A DNA stretch of 64,000 nucleotides from Candidatus Aenigmatarchaeota archaeon (lineage in GTDB: Archaea; Aenigmatarchaeota; Aenigmatarchaeia; CG10238-14; SCSR01), in NCBI GenBank assembly GCA_016181005.1, contig JACPAE010000004.1:78646-142645 (forward strand). The letters are read 5' to 3'. The notes beneath the pieces were generated by a model. That model worked only from the letters and a program-made list of their open reading frames with translations. It ran no database searches and was not told the DNA's origin. Shown piece by piece: positions 47,348 through 57,747 of the stretch. Every line of letters begins with the position of its first letter. Within the stretch, counting starts at the first letter, position 1. The translations under genes were made by a program, and so were the position numbers.

Positions 47348-47446
47348 GGGATACACGCCTGTCCATAGTGCATTAGGGCTTTTCCGTTTGGCCATGAAAT
47401 ACAGGGGCGACAGATAGTAGCTATGACGGATGACATGACTAGTGAG
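47348..47446. repeat. Conserved ~98-nt element, copy B
   Basis: Near-identical to 37245-37342; lies in a convergent intergenic region. Confidence 0.6.
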
Positions 47447-48386
47447 TCGCGAGATAATCCTTGATGTGGTCAATCATGCTCGTCCCGTAAGGGTCTATGC
47501 TGTTCTTCTCGGCCATGTAGTAGGAGACAAAATCGCCTAAAATTATCATGTGCAGAATCCTTTCCAGCCTAGTCTCGCCCTCCCCAAACACTTCATGAAC
47601 ACCCGTCCTCTTGCTCAGCAGTTTCTTGTCCACGTCAAAGCTGTTCTTCACGTCCCTGTCCTCGTGCGATTCCCGCAGGAAAATCACCGAGAAGTTGCTG
47701 TCAAGCCTATGCCATGACTCGACGTCATTGTGGTGTATCTCCGGCAGTATCTCGTCCTTTGCCAGCAACTTGGAGTTCTCATTCAACTGCGTCTTGAACC
47801 TGAGTGCCGGGGACGGATAGTGGGACACTATAATCGGCATGGTTCCGTTGATTTTATCCACCAGCTGCTTGGCCTCGTTCTCTATCCTGTTCATGTTCTT
47901 CGACAAAGTCCTGAACTCCGGCACCTTTACAAGCTTCAGGCTTTCGAAAACCGACAAGGATGCGGCAAGCAGGTAAGGGAATGCGACCCTGGGCATCAGG
48001 CCCTCGTTGAGCTTGACGCAAGGCAGCTTCTTCTTCACTGCCAACTCCCTCATCTTTCCCCCTGACGTTATGCAGACTGTCTTGCACTTTCTCTTTACAG
48101 CCTGCTCCAGCTGCGCCAGAGTCTCCCATGTGTTGCCCGAATAACTGGCAGCTATCACAAGAGTGTTCGAGCCGGCATAACCCGGCAATTTGTGGTTCCT
48201 GGAGACCTCGATTGGCACGTGCAATGCGTCCTTGAAAGAATCCTTTATGACATCCCCGGATATGGCCGAGCCCCCCATGCCGCAAATGACTATGTTGCTG
48301 AACTGCCTATAGTCGGCAGGAAGCTTTACGTCAGAACTAAGAACGTCCTTGACATACTTGAGAGAATTTCTTATGTCCGCAAGCAT
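47439..48386 (-). CDS. Bifunctional phosphoglucose/phosphomannose isomerase (SIS domain)
   Basis: NIVICGMGGSAISG SIS motif near the N-terminus; 315 aa. Confidence 0.65.
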   Translation of the reverse strand: MLADIRNSLKYVKDVLSSDVKLPADYRQFSNIVICGMGGSAISGDVIKDSFKDALHVPIEVSRNHKLPGYAGSNTLVIAASYSGNTWETLAQLEQAVKRKCKTVCITSGGKMRELAVKKKLPCVKLNEGLMPRVAFPYLLAASLSVFESLKLVKVPEFRTLSKNMNRIENEAKQLVDKINGTMPIIVSHYPSPALRFKTQLNENSKLLAKDEILPEIHHNDVESWHRLDSNFSVIFLRESHEDRDVKNSFDVDKKLLSKRTGVHEVFGEGETRLERILHMIILGDFVSYYMAEKNSIDPYGTSMIDHIKDYLATH

Positions 48387-48420
48387 TAAATCTAATTACA
48401 AACGTATATTTTTAAAGAAA

Positions 48421-48708
48421 ATGAGGTATAGTCTTATGAAAAGAGTTTTTGCCAAGATTCATGGCATTGTCCAGCACGTTGGATTCAGGAATTTTGTCCG
48501 GGGAAATGCCAGAAAGCTCGGGATAACAGGCTGGGTCAAGAACAGCCTTGACGGAACCGTGGAGGCAGTCTTTGAAGGGGAGGAGCAGGCAGTATCCGAG
48601 CTGGTGGAGAAGTGCAAGCAGGGGCCTATGCTGGCCATGGTCGAGAAGGTCGAGGTAAGGGAGCACGAGCCCGTAAAAGAGTTCGAGGAATTCCTCGTAC
48701 TTAAATAA
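48421..48708 (+). CDS. acyP: Acylphosphatase
   Basis: VQHVGFRNFV and GWVKNSLDGTVE signature motifs; start chosen at an internal Met to fit family length and avoid overlapping the PGI/PMI gene. Confidence 0.7.
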   Translation: MRYSLMKRVFAKIHGIVQHVGFRNFVRGNARKLGITGWVKNSLDGTVEAVFEGEEQAVSELVEKCKQGPMLAMVEKVEVREHEPVKEFEEFLVLK

Positions 48709-48771
48709 AAGCTTTTCCCTCCTCCTTTACACAGGTGTAACCTTTAAAAGCAGGCTTTCTTAAGTTATTTT

Positions 48772-49143
48772 ATGGCACAATCAAAGGGAAGATCCCTGGC
48801 CGGCCCAAAAGTCGGTGAGTGGTCGTTCCTTGTTGGAGTATTGCTAGCAATAGTTCTTGGGTTGTTCCCACAACCTGGATGGCAGTCTACGGTAACATTG
48901 GTCCTAGTGGTCCTAGGTATCATAGTTGCCCTGGTCAATGTCACGTCCAAGGAGACATCCACATTCCTTGTCGCTGCAATAGCATTGTTGGTGGCGGCAT
49001 CGGCAGGTGGGGCTGGAGGCTTTGGAAGTCTGCCAGTTGTAGGAGCATACTTGATAAACATCTTCGACAACTTGGTGGTGTTCGTCGCGCCTGCAGCTGT
49101 AATAGTAGGGCTCAAGGCGATCTATGCGCTAGCAAAGGACTAG
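48772..49143 (+). CDS. small membrane protein
   Basis: Three or four hydrophobic helices; 123 aa. Preferred over the antisense ORF because of regular codon usage. Confidence 0.4.
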   Translation: MAQSKGRSLAGPKVGEWSFLVGVLLAIVLGLFPQPGWQSTVTLVLVVLGIIVALVNVTSKETSTFLVAAIALLVAASAGGAGGFGSLPVVGAYLINIFDNLVVFVAPAAVIVGLKAIYALAKD

Positions 49144-49265
49144 GCAAAGAATTAAACTTGTCTTTTCTTTGATTTTTTCTTTGCCCTTTCTTTTTTATAC
49201 AGCTTCTTGAGGGAATGTGTACCATTACAAATTTACATCAAAAGCTAAAATTCAAATAGTCTGTA

Positions 49266-50135
49266 ATGGTAAATAAAGATATGAGAATAATTAAAAGAAG
49301 GAAAGGCCGGATTGAATATTTCTACTTGCAGCACTCGTTCAGAGACAATGGAAAAGTCATCACGAAGGAGAAATATCTGGGAAAAGACATACCCAAAAAC
49401 ATCGAAGCCGTTAAAGAGAAATTTCAGCTAGAAGCCCAAAAAAATCTTTATGGAAAATTAGAAAGAGTAAAGGAGAACTTTCAGAAAGAATGGAGGAAAT
49501 ACCCCGAGTCTGCAAAAGAAAAAGAGCTGGAAGAAATAGCTATAGCCTTTACTTATAATACAAATGCGATAGAAGGTTCAACAATAACCCTTGAAGAGGC
49601 AAGAGAAATCATACACAACAAAGTCGCTCCAAACAAATCTTTGAAGGATATAAGGGAAACAGAGTCCCACGCCAAGGTTTTCTTTGACATGCTGAACAAG
49701 AAAGAGAAGATATCCAACGGGCTTCTATTGAGATGGCATAAAGAGATATTCGGTGAAACAAAGCCCGACATTGCAGGAAAATTTCGAAACTATCTTGTTA
49801 GAGTGGGAAATTACATAGCTCCAGACTGGCAAGATGTTGTGAAGCTAATGAATGAGCTTGTTAAGTTTGCCGAAGTCAAATTGAACCCAGTTGAACTTGC
49901 TGCAAGAGCACATTACAGGTTTGAAAAAATACATCCTTTTGGCGATGGGAATGGAAGAATTGGCAGATTGATAATGAACCGTATTTTATGGCACAGCGGT
50001 TATCCTATGATAATTATAGAATACAAAAAAAGGAAGTTCTACTATAAAGCTTTGCAAAAAGGAGAAGAAGGATTTTTAAATTATTTCATAAAAAAATATA
50101 TTCGTATTCATAAAAGACATCTTTATGGTGCATAA
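49266..50135 (+). CDS. Fic/DOC family protein
   Basis: HPFGDGNGRIGR core Fic motif; 289 aa. Confidence 0.8.
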   Translation: MVNKDMRIIKRRKGRIEYFYLQHSFRDNGKVITKEKYLGKDIPKNIEAVKEKFQLEAQKNLYGKLERVKENFQKEWRKYPESAKEKELEEIAIAFTYNTNAIEGSTITLEEAREIIHNKVAPNKSLKDIRETESHAKVFFDMLNKKEKISNGLLLRWHKEIFGETKPDIAGKFRNYLVRVGNYIAPDWQDVVKLMNELVKFAEVKLNPVELAARAHYRFEKIHPFGDGNGRIGRLIMNRILWHSGYPMIIIEYKKRKFYYKALQKGEEGFLNYFIKKYIRIHKRHLYGA

Positions 50136-50167
50136 AGGTTTCTGACAATAAGCCAGTTTATCAGAAA

Positions 50168-50740
50168 TTACTTCTTACGCTTCTTCCCACCCTTCTTATA
50201 CAGCTTCTTGTAGCCTATCCAGACCACTATCAAAAGCTCAGCCAGAACTATAATGACTCTTAGGAGCTTGTCGGCGTCGCTAAAGTACCTGACAGTGGCG
50301 TAGAACAAGAGAAGTATCCCGCCGAACATCAGGCCTGTGCCAAGGAATTCAATGCCCCATAAGGTGCCGGCAAAGATGGCAATTACACCGATAGCGCCTG
50401 TTATTAGGAAAACATTTCTATTGTACTCCTTCGTTGCCTGGTCGAAATCCTTGTTGCAGGTGCTGCAGCTTTCGTAAATCGGGCAGCCGGATGAATAGTT
50501 GAAAACAGGCGTGGCACCTTCATTAATGCATTGCTGGTAGTCGGAGCTGTTCTGGTATTCGTATCCGCATTTATCGACAGGTTCTGGAAAAAGTGGAAAA
50601 GGACGAGCCTTGTTAAAGATGTCCTCGCAGAAATCGTTATAGTTTGGTTGCGGATATACCAACTCTGTCAACAGAGCTATGAAAACTGCGAAGAGAATGG
50701 CTACTGCAGCAGCGACTGCTATCTGCTTGAGGTCGACCAT
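50168..50740 (-). CDS. membrane protein, Cys-rich extracytoplasmic segment
   Basis: N- and C-terminal TM helices flank a Cys-containing loop (CEDIF..CGYEY..CINE..CPIYESCSTC). Confidence 0.4.
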   Translation of the reverse strand: MVDLKQIAVAAAVAILFAVFIALLTELVYPQPNYNDFCEDIFNKARPFPLFPEPVDKCGYEYQNSSDYQQCINEGATPVFNYSSGCPIYESCSTCNKDFDQATKEYNRNVFLITGAIGVIAIFAGTLWGIEFLGTGLMFGGILLLFYATVRYFSDADKLLRVIIVLAELLIVVWIGYKKLYKKGGKKRKK

Positions 50741-50824
50741 TAGAATAATTTGTTAGGAAGGATTAAAAGGATTTGGGTCTAGTAAACTCAAATTAACATT
50801 CTAAAAAGCAAATAACTAATTGGT

Positions 50825-51034
50825 TCACGTTCTTAGAGCATGTTTAACATCATCGCAAACACTATTAGGGACATTTGTGAAATGAGGCCTATAACCTTGA
50901 TAATGCGTAAGCCTTCTTAGAAGCCTACTTCCACTTAAAGGACCTTCACTATGGGTGCCAACTCTATAATAATATTCCATCGAACCTTTTTCCCTCGACC
51001 CTCTGATATAAACTATCTTTTCTGCAGTTTCCAT
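50825..51034 (-). CDS. hypothetical protein
   Basis: 69-aa ORF. Confidence 0.25.
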   Translation of the reverse strand: METAEKIVYIRGSREKGSMEYYYRVGTHSEGPLSGSRLLRRLTHYQGYRPHFTNVPNSVCDDVKHALRT

Positions 51035-51065
51035 ATCTAAAAATAGCTCAAAAAAGTATTTAAAT

Positions 51066-51350
51066 TTACTTGTTGACTTCCCTGTTCAGCTCCGCAGAAA
51101 TATAATGCCCACTCATGTTCAATTTGACCGACTTTACTCCAGGAATCTGCAGTACAACGCCCTTGATGTCATAAGCCATCTTTAATGCCAGCATAGGGGG
51201 GCAGTAGGGCGCTGTTAGATGAAAATCGATAGAAACTTCCCCGTCTTTAATCTCTACCTTGTCCACAAGCTCCATTTCAGTTATTGGTACACCTAACTCT
51301 GGATCCATTACTTTCTCCAACTCCTTCATGATAGTTTTTTTGTCTAGCAT
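51066..51350 (-). CDS. DUF59/MIP18-like Fe-S cluster assembly protein
   Basis: VMDPELGVPITEMELV ... LTAPYCPP motifs. Confidence 0.65.
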   Translation of the reverse strand: MLDKKTIMKELEKVMDPELGVPITEMELVDKVEIKDGEVSIDFHLTAPYCPPMLALKMAYDIKGVVLQIPGVKSVKLNMSGHYISAELNREVNK

Positions 51351-51370
51351 CAGAAGTACCTCTTTTTATT

Positions 51371-51577
51371 TTACTCTAGCTTCCGTTCAAATTCTTCTCT
51401 AGAAAAATGTCTTCCTTTCTCAATCTTTTTTATTTTTCTGATGTAATCTGGTCTGACTTCGTAGATTTCAACATCAAGCGAAGTTAGGTTTTTTAACTGA
51501 GACTTCACTTCTTGCAAATCACTTCTGAGCAGGCCTATTTCTTTGGTGATCTGTTTAAATCTATCTCCAGCACTCAT
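51371..51577 (-). CDS. hypothetical protein
   Basis: 68-aa ORF, coiled-coil-like. Confidence 0.25.
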   Translation of the reverse strand: MSAGDRFKQITKEIGLLRSDLQEVKSQLKNLTSLDVEIYEVRPDYIRKIKKIEKGRHFSREEFERKLE

Positions 51578-51710
51578 TTTATCACTAAAATCATTTAGTT
51601 GTTTTTGAACTTAAGTTGCACATTTGCTAGGATAATATAACCCTTACCACTACATCACAATTTTCTTAAGCACGACTTCTTATTTATACAGTCGGGACAA
51701 AATATTTATA

Positions 51711-51893
51711 ATGGCGAAAGTCCTGTCCTGGAAGGAGACAAAGCTCGAGAAATGCTATGAATGCGGCAAAGTTCTTCATCCGAAAAAGCAGGTCCATCTG
51801 CACAAGAGGCTGTTCTGTTGCGCAAAGTGTGCGGAGCACTACAAGAAGCACAAGGGAAAGAAAAAGAAAGCCGAGGTATGCGAGTTTTGTTGA
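51711..51893 (+). CDS. small zinc-binding protein
   Basis: CYECGK...CCAKCAEH...CEFC; 60 aa. Confidence 0.35.
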   Translation: MAKVLSWKETKLEKCYECGKVLHPKKQVHLHKRLFCCAKCAEHYKKHKGKKKKAEVCEFC

Positions 51894-52588
51894 GAGCCAT
51901 GAAAGCTGCAATGATTTTGCTAGTTCTTCTGCTGTTGCCAGCAGCTGTCCTTGGGCACGAAGAAGTAGCTCATGAAGAATCAAACGACAGGATAGCCGAA
52001 GAAATAGTACATTTCTTGAACGTGCCGAAATACTGGCTTCTGGCGCCAATTGCCATAATCTCAGCATGCATCGCGGCGATAATATACGGGGAGACGCTGA
52101 GCGAAAACAAGCGAATAATAATTTTTTCTGTCATAGCAATATCGACTGTTTCGGCGACCGCATTTCTCGTTGGACAGACAATCTACATGAGCATGACGTC
52201 ATGGAGCAATGGGATAGTGCATTGGCATGCCGATTTTGAGCTTTGGATTTGCGGCGAGAAGCAAACATTGCCAGATCCTGCAGGGCTTGCAAACAGGGTG
52301 GGAACACAAGACGTGCACCATCACGGCGATTACAGGATTCACATAGAAGGCGTGATTGTTGACATGGAAGAGGCAACCTTGGGGCACTTTTTCGACGTTA
52401 TAGAAGTGCCGTTCAGCAACAGCCAGTTAATGGAAAAGAAGAACGGAGACTTTTGCCCGGACGGAAATCCGGGAATTGTCAGGATGTACGTTAACGGCAA
52501 GGACTATATCGGGGATTATCGAGACTATGTGATAGCGCCTTATTCAAATGTGCCGCCAGGGGATTTCATAAAAATAGTTTTCGGTTGA
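51878..52588 (+). CDS. secreted/membrane-anchored protein with His-rich domain (paralog 1 of 3)
   Basis: Signal-peptide-like N-terminus, then HWHADFELWICGEK...HHHGDYRIHIEG...YVIAPYSNVPPGDFIKIVFG; paralogous to 57748-58263 and 60993-61667. Confidence 0.5.
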   Translation: MRVLLRAMKAAMILLVLLLLPAAVLGHEEVAHEESNDRIAEEIVHFLNVPKYWLLAPIAIISACIAAIIYGETLSENKRIIIFSVIAISTVSATAFLVGQTIYMSMTSWSNGIVHWHADFELWICGEKQTLPDPAGLANRVGTQDVHHHGDYRIHIEGVIVDMEEATLGHFFDVIEVPFSNSQLMEKKNGDFCPDGNPGIVRMYVNGKDYIGDYRDYVIAPYSNVPPGDFIKIVFG

Positions 52589-52592
52589 TTTT

Positions 52593-53303
52593 ATGGCAGT
52601 TGAGACAGCATTACCGACACTGGGAATCGTGGTGACAACGGCTATTGTGGACTCTATCAATCCATGCGCCATAGGTGTCTTAATCGTCCTATTATCAGCT
52701 TTGCTGGTGCTCAGGGAAAGCAAGAAGAGGATGATTATTTTCGGCATTACTTACATAGCAGCAGTGTTCGTAGCCTACCTGCTTGCCGGGCTCGGCCTGA
52801 TATTCTTCCTACAGAGGATACCTCTTGCAATTGCCGAATACATATCAATAGCGGTCGCGTCCCTGCTGATGGTCGCTGGCCTGCTGGAGATAAAGGACTT
52901 TTTCTGGTACGGCCGGTGGTTTTCGCTCAGCATTTCCGGCGCCAATGCAAAAAGAATCGAGAGGTACGCGAAAAGAATTTCCCTCCCCAGCCTGATTTTC
53001 CTTGGATTTTTCGTGGCTGCAGTCGAGCTTCCGTGCACAGGCGGGCCCTATCTTGCAATCACGCTCCTGCTTTCCCAAAGCTTCAATGCCACGGCGTTCG
53101 CAATGCTAGTGTTATACAACATAATCTTCATTATTCCTCTAGTTGCAATTCTTGCGGTAGTAATGCTGGGCGCAAGGGTTGATGTTGTCAAAAAGTGGAA
53201 GCAAAGGACCAAGGCTTACATGCGGCTTGCAACAGGTCTGATATTAATCGTCCTTAGCTGGCTTTTGATACTGATTGCCAATGGCACGATAAACTTTGGA
53301 TAA
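52593..53303 (+). CDS. ccdA: Cytochrome c biogenesis protein CcdA/DsbD-like membrane thiol-disulfide transporter
   Basis: Conserved NPCA and LPCTGGP Cys motifs in TM helices. Confidence 0.7.
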   Translation: MAVETALPTLGIVVTTAIVDSINPCAIGVLIVLLSALLVLRESKKRMIIFGITYIAAVFVAYLLAGLGLIFFLQRIPLAIAEYISIAVASLLMVAGLLEIKDFFWYGRWFSLSISGANAKRIERYAKRISLPSLIFLGFFVAAVELPCTGGPYLAITLLLSQSFNATAFAMLVLYNIIFIIPLVAILAVVMLGARVDVVKKWKQRTKAYMRLATGLILIVLSWLLILIANGTINFG

Positions 53304-53320
53304 CCCTGCAAGAAAGTTGT

Positions 53321-53830
53321 CTACCTTTTTCTTTTCTGCCTTGTCAGGTACAAGACAAGTGTGATTATGAAAAGAACCCAGCCGAGAGCACCGACCAAAA
53401 ACAAAGTATTGTAATCGGCAAAATAACCCGGGTAGTAGTTTCCCATCATCCTCATCATCATAGGCATCATATTCACATTCATCATTCCAGATACAGTTCC
53501 GCACCCTAGCCAGTTCTTGCCCATAATAATGTGCATCTGTTTCAAGCTTTCAGACCCTTCGCCGCCCATCATTGCGTCCATCTGCTCATGAAGCTCATGG
53601 TCGCCAGCCATCTTCTCCATCACGGAATCACCAAGCCCTTCAAGTTCTTGGCCGGATACGTTATTGCAGCTCAGCTCTCCCACAGTGCTGACGCCCTGTT
53701 CCGCCATCATGCTTGCCATAATGTCGTTAACGTCGGCAGAGCTAGACGTCATGTGTGCATAAGAAAATGGTGCGATAACGCTGACTGCAAATATAAACAA
53801 AACTATCGTTTGCAGTTTCATATTTGACAA
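53321..53830 (-). CDS. Met-rich secreted/membrane protein (putative Cu(I)-binding)
   Basis: Signal peptide, then Met-rich stretches (MMNVNMMPMMMRMMGNYYPG) and a C-terminal TM; adjacent to copA. Confidence 0.5.
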   Translation of the reverse strand: MSNMKLQTIVLFIFAVSVIAPFSYAHMTSSSADVNDIMASMMAEQGVSTVGELSCNNVSGQELEGLGDSVMEKMAGDHELHEQMDAMMGGEGSESLKQMHIIMGKNWLGCGTVSGMMNVNMMPMMMRMMGNYYPGYFADYNTLFLVGALGWVLFIITLVLYLTRQKRKR

Positions 53831-53851
53831 TTCAAACTCATAGCTTAAATA

Positions 53852-55918
53852 CTATTTTATCCTAGGTTTATAGCCCCTCATCAACAGAGAATTCCCGACA
53901 ACAGAAAATGAGCTGAACGCCATCGCAGCCCCCGCGATGATGGGCGACAGCAGCAAGCCGAAGAAAGGATATAACAACCCGGCGGCTATCGGTATTCCGA
54001 CTGTGTTGTATGCAAATGCCCAAAATAAGTTCTGCTTTATCTTCCGAACAGTATACCTGCTCAAATCTATGGACGTAATTACATCTCTTATATCACTTTT
54101 GATAAGAACAATCTTTCCTGTCTCAAGTGCAACATCTGTACCGGAACCTATTGCAATTCCTAGATGCGCCTGAGCCAGCATGGGCGCGTCATTAATGCCG
54201 TCCCCTACGGTTGCAACTACTTTTTTCTTCCTCTGGAGTTCTTTCACTTTCTCCGCCTTCTCTTCCGGCAAAACTTGAGCCATAACGTTTTCGATTCCAA
54301 GTTGTTTGGCAATAGTTTTAGCAGTTCTTTCGTTATCCCCCGTAATCATCCAAACTTCTATTCCCATTCTCTTCAGCTGTTCAATTGCTTCTTTGGAAAA
54401 TTCCTTCAAAGTATCAGCGACCGCAATTAAACCAATGGCCTCCCCACCATATGCAACTGCAACTGCAGTTTTGCCCTCGTTTTCTAATTTCTGAAGTTCA
54501 GACTCAAACTTTGTCACGTCAACCTTGTTTTCTTTCAAGAAAGTTCTGGTTCCCACAAGAATTTGTTTTTTCAGGTATGTTGCCTTAATTCCTTTACCTG
54601 AAACCGCTTCGTATTTTTCCGCGCTTGGTATCCTAGTCTTCATTTCCCTAGCCTTTTGTACAATCGCCTGCCCTATTGGATGTTCAGAGCCAGCTTCAGC
54701 GACAGACGCCAGCCTGAGAACCTCGTCTTCCTTAACATTAGACAAACGAACTATATCCGTGACAACTGGCTGACCTTTTGTCAACGTCCCAGTTTTATCA
54801 AGAACAATGGTATCAATTTTGTGTGCAACCTCTAAAGCTTCTCCGCCCTTTATTAAAATTCCATTCTTGGCTCCCAAGCCTGTGCCAACTAAAATTGCTG
54901 TTGGTGTCGCAATTCCCAAGGCGCATGGACATGCAATTATCAGAACTGTGATGAAGATTGTTAAAGCAAAAATGAAACTTTGCCCCAGAATATACCATAA
55001 AATACCGGATAATATCGCAACGGCGATGACGCTAGGCGTGAAAATAGCCGAGACTTTATCAGCCAGCCTCTGGATAGGCGCCCTTCCTGTCTGAGCTTCT
55101 TGCACAACCTTGATTATCTGTTGCAATACAGTGTCGCTACCTATTTTTGTGGCCTTGAATTTGACCAGTCCCGTCTTGTTGATAGTAGAGCCTATGACTT
55201 CGTCGCCGACCCTTTTTGTAACAGGCAATGACTCTCCCGTAATCATGCTCTCATCAACAGACGATTCTCCTTCAACAACCACACCGTCAACAGGAAACTT
55301 TTCACCCGGCCTAACAGCGATTATGTCACCAATCTGAAGCTCCTCTATAGGAATCTCGACCTCTCTCTTGTTCTTGATAACCATTGCAGTTTTAGGCTGC
55401 AGTCCCATCAGCGCCTTGATGGATTCGGAAGCCTTGGCTTTTGCAGATTCCTCCAAGAACTTTCCCAACAATATTAGAGCTATTATGATCACAGAAGCGT
55501 CAAAATAAGTCTCGCCAATAAATGTTTCTGGAAAGAATGTTACAAGAGTGCTGTATAGCCAGGCCGCAGAAGTGCCTGTTGCAATCAGCGTGTCCATGTT
55601 GGCGATTCTGGCTCTCAAACCGTCCCATGCGCCTTTGTAGAATCTCCAGCCTGCATAGAACTGGACTGGCGTAGCCAGAAGTAACAAAATCAAATTGTTG
55701 TTCGGCAGCTTGTAAAAGAAAGAAAGGACAACGACCGGTATAGCTATCAAGCCGCTGAATATGGCAAGGAACCGCAGTTTCTTAAGCTCGACCTCAGGAG
55801 ATTCATAAGTTTTCAGGCAGACTTCGCTGCAAAAGTAGATTGTTTTGCCGTCGACTTGCTTCTTGTAGACTGCATTCTTCTCATCCACGTGCATGCCACA
55901 GACAGTGTCTATCGCCAT
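53852..55918 (-). CDS. copA: Copper-translocating P1B-type ATPase with N-terminal TRASH/YHS domain
   Basis: N-terminal [10 protein letters not shown]...YYFCSEVC, TM CPC (IACPCALG), [15 protein letters not shown]. Confidence 0.9.
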   Translation of the reverse strand: MAIDTVCGMHVDEKNAVYKKQVDGKTIYFCSEVCLKTYESPEVELKKLRFLAIFSGLIAIPVVVLSFFYKLPNNNLILLLLATPVQFYAGWRFYKGAWDGLRARIANMDTLIATGTSAAWLYSTLVTFFPETFIGETYFDASVIIIALILLGKFLEESAKAKASESIKALMGLQPKTAMVIKNKREVEIPIEELQIGDIIAVRPGEKFPVDGVVVEGESSVDESMITGESLPVTKRVGDEVIGSTINKTGLVKFKATKIGSDTVLQQIIKVVQEAQTGRAPIQRLADKVSAIFTPSVIAVAILSGILWYILGQSFIFALTIFITVLIIACPCALGIATPTAILVGTGLGAKNGILIKGGEALEVAHKIDTIVLDKTGTLTKGQPVVTDIVRLSNVKEDEVLRLASVAEAGSEHPIGQAIVQKAREMKTRIPSAEKYEAVSGKGIKATYLKKQILVGTRTFLKENKVDVTKFESELQKLENEGKTAVAVAYGGEAIGLIAVADTLKEFSKEAIEQLKRMGIEVWMITGDNERTAKTIAKQLGIENVMAQVLPEEKAEKVKELQRKKKVVATVGDGINDAPMLAQAHLGIAIGSGTDVALETGKIVLIKSDIRDVITSIDLSRYTVRKIKQNLFWAFAYNTVGIPIAAGLLYPFFGLLLSPIIAGAAMAFSSFSVVGNSLLMRGYKPRIK

Positions 55919-55933
55919 AATTAATTATAAATT

Positions 55934-56071
55934 TTATTTAACAAATTTATTAGGATCTATCATGAATTCAGCTTGACAATTGCTACTGCAGAAATAATAG
56001 GTTTTGCCTTTATGTTGAGCTTTAATTTTACCTTCATTAATTTCCATTTTGCAAATAGGGTCCATGGCCAT
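55934..56071 (-). CDS. TRASH/YHS-domain small metallochaperone
   Basis: MAMDPICKMEI...YYFCSSNC; Met start chosen within the longer ORF. Confidence 0.6.
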   Translation of the reverse strand: MAMDPICKMEINEGKIKAQHKGKTYYFCSSNCQAEFMIDPNKFVK

Positions 56072-56094
56072 AACAATCCATTGAAGTTTAAAGT

Positions 56095-56937
56095 TCATTT
56101 TGGGAAAAGCAAGATCACAAATTCCTTTACGAATATTGACGAAAGAAACAAATAAAGACCAACTAAAATCAAAATTACTGCACTCCATTTCCTTATCTTT
56201 GGTGTAATATTAGTCAACTTTTCTATAGTTTCCCTCTTTACTAAACCAACAAGGAAAGATAATACTATCATTAGAAAAGCCATTGTTAGTGAAAAAACAA
56301 TGAAAGCGGTTAATGCAGATATAAAACCACCTGTACTGAAAGCAAATAGTATTAGCCCAGCAAGTATAGGACCTACACATCCAATTCCAATTATATTATA
56401 AGCAAAACCATAGGTGAATGCTTTAGCTGATGAATTCTGTCGAATAATCAGTCTATTGCTATACTCAGCTATTCTGTGAAAGAATCCTAATCCAGTGAAA
56501 TATTGTGAGAATCCAAATAAGATTAAAACAGAACCTACAACTCCTCTGAAGATTCTAACATACAAGTTTGGCTGGTCTGTTGATAATGCAAACGATTTAG
56601 CAAAGTTTTCGCCTAAAATTCCGATCAAACTCCCGAAGATAATGTTAAAAACAATTATACCTAACGCTGTTAGTACACCATAATAAACTATTTTGGATAT
56701 ACCCTTTCTTCTTGCACCATAAAAGCTAGTTAAATAAGCCGGTAATACAGGAAATGAACAGGGATTAAAAAATGTAGCAATTCCAGCAACAATAGCTAAA
56801 AATAACAAGCTGTATACCTCAAAAGTTTTGGTAACAGTAATAACAAAATATCTGAATGTTAAATAACCAAATAAAATAACAAAAGCTAGCAAAATTAAAC
56901 TTATCAGTAAACTAAAATTTTGAGTTCTATTTTTCAT
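56095..56937 (-). CDS. CcdA/DsbD-family membrane thiol-disulfide transporter (second copy)
   Basis: NPCSFPVLPAYL motif; multiple TM segments. Confidence 0.6.
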   Translation of the reverse strand: MKNRTQNFSLLISLILLAFVILFGYLTFRYFVITVTKTFEVYSLLFLAIVAGIATFFNPCSFPVLPAYLTSFYGARRKGISKIVYYGVLTALGIIVFNIIFGSLIGILGENFAKSFALSTDQPNLYVRIFRGVVGSVLILFGFSQYFTGLGFFHRIAEYSNRLIIRQNSSAKAFTYGFAYNIIGIGCVGPILAGLILFAFSTGGFISALTAFIVFSLTMAFLMIVLSFLVGLVKRETIEKLTNITPKIRKWSAVILILVGLYLFLSSIFVKEFVILLFPK

Positions 56938-57371
56938 CTTATCACAATTCGGATTTTATTTAATAACAAACCATAAGACAACAAAATTGTTGCAAAAGAA
57001 ATTGCTATTACTCCTAAAGAATTTATAACATACATTCCCAAATAAAAGAGACTTCCGCCTATTATCATTAACAAAAAAGAAAGTTTATTTCTATAAGCAC
57101 CAATTGCTGCTAAAATTATTGATAATATCAAAATTATTGGACCATAAGGAGGAGTACCTAGTGTTATCCAAAAGTTTAACAAGTATCCTAAAGGTGAATT
57201 ATCAACAACTCCTAAAGTTTGACTCGACGCCATAATACCTGTATGAGAAAGTGTTTGTGATCCTATAAGAATTGTTATCGGAAGGAGAGGAACTATAACC
57301 ATACCCGAGCAACTTACAAACCCTACTCCACCTAATGCACTAAAATATTTTCTTAGATTTTTTACCATCAT
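56934..57371 (-). CDS. membrane protein
   Basis: Four hydrophobic helices; overlaps the next gene by 4 nt. Confidence 0.4.
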   Translation of the reverse strand: MMVKNLRKYFSALGGVGFVSCSGMVIVPLLPITILIGSQTLSHTGIMASSQTLGVVDNSPLGYLLNFWITLGTPPYGPIILILSIILAAIGAYRNKLSFLLMIIGGSLFYLGMYVINSLGVIAISFATILLSYGLLLNKIRIVIR

Positions 57372-57413
57372 TTTACTCGCAACCGAATTAATTTTACATA
57401 TCCCCAGTTTTCA

Positions 57414-57710
57414 TTATCTACCACACAAATATTTACAGTATTTGTTAGTGTGTTTATCGATTAATTTCAATAGAGGCAATATAGTTTCTTTGTTTAGGGA
57501 ATAGATACTGTGTTTACCTTTTCTAGTATTATGGACAAATCTACATGTTGTTAGGCGTTTCAGACTTTTAGAAATAGTTGTCTGATCATAACCTAGTTCA
57601 TTAGTTAGTTGCGTAACATTCTTAGGTTTCTTCATTAAGGCATGCAGTATTTCTAGTCTAATTTCGTTGCTCAATGTACCAAAGAATAGTGCATATGGCA
57701 TTTTAGTCAT
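57414..57710 (-). CDS. ArsR/SmtB family metalloregulator
   Basis: NEIRLEILHALMKKPKNVTQLTNELGYDQTTISKSLKRL HTH; C-terminal Cys pair. Confidence 0.7.
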   Translation of the reverse strand: MTKMPYALFFGTLSNEIRLEILHALMKKPKNVTQLTNELGYDQTTISKSLKRLTTCRFVHNTRKGKHSIYSLNKETILPLLKLIDKHTNKYCKYLCGR

Positions 57711-57747
57711 ATGATATATTTGCCATATTTAGTATTTAAGTTTAACT

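Noticed and set aside
48765-49172. Minus-strand 116-aa and plus-strand 117-aa ORFs overlapping the 48772-49143 membrane protein
   Set aside because: They are alternative frames of the same GC-richer segment. The plus-strand frame with hydrophobic helices is the more plausible gene.
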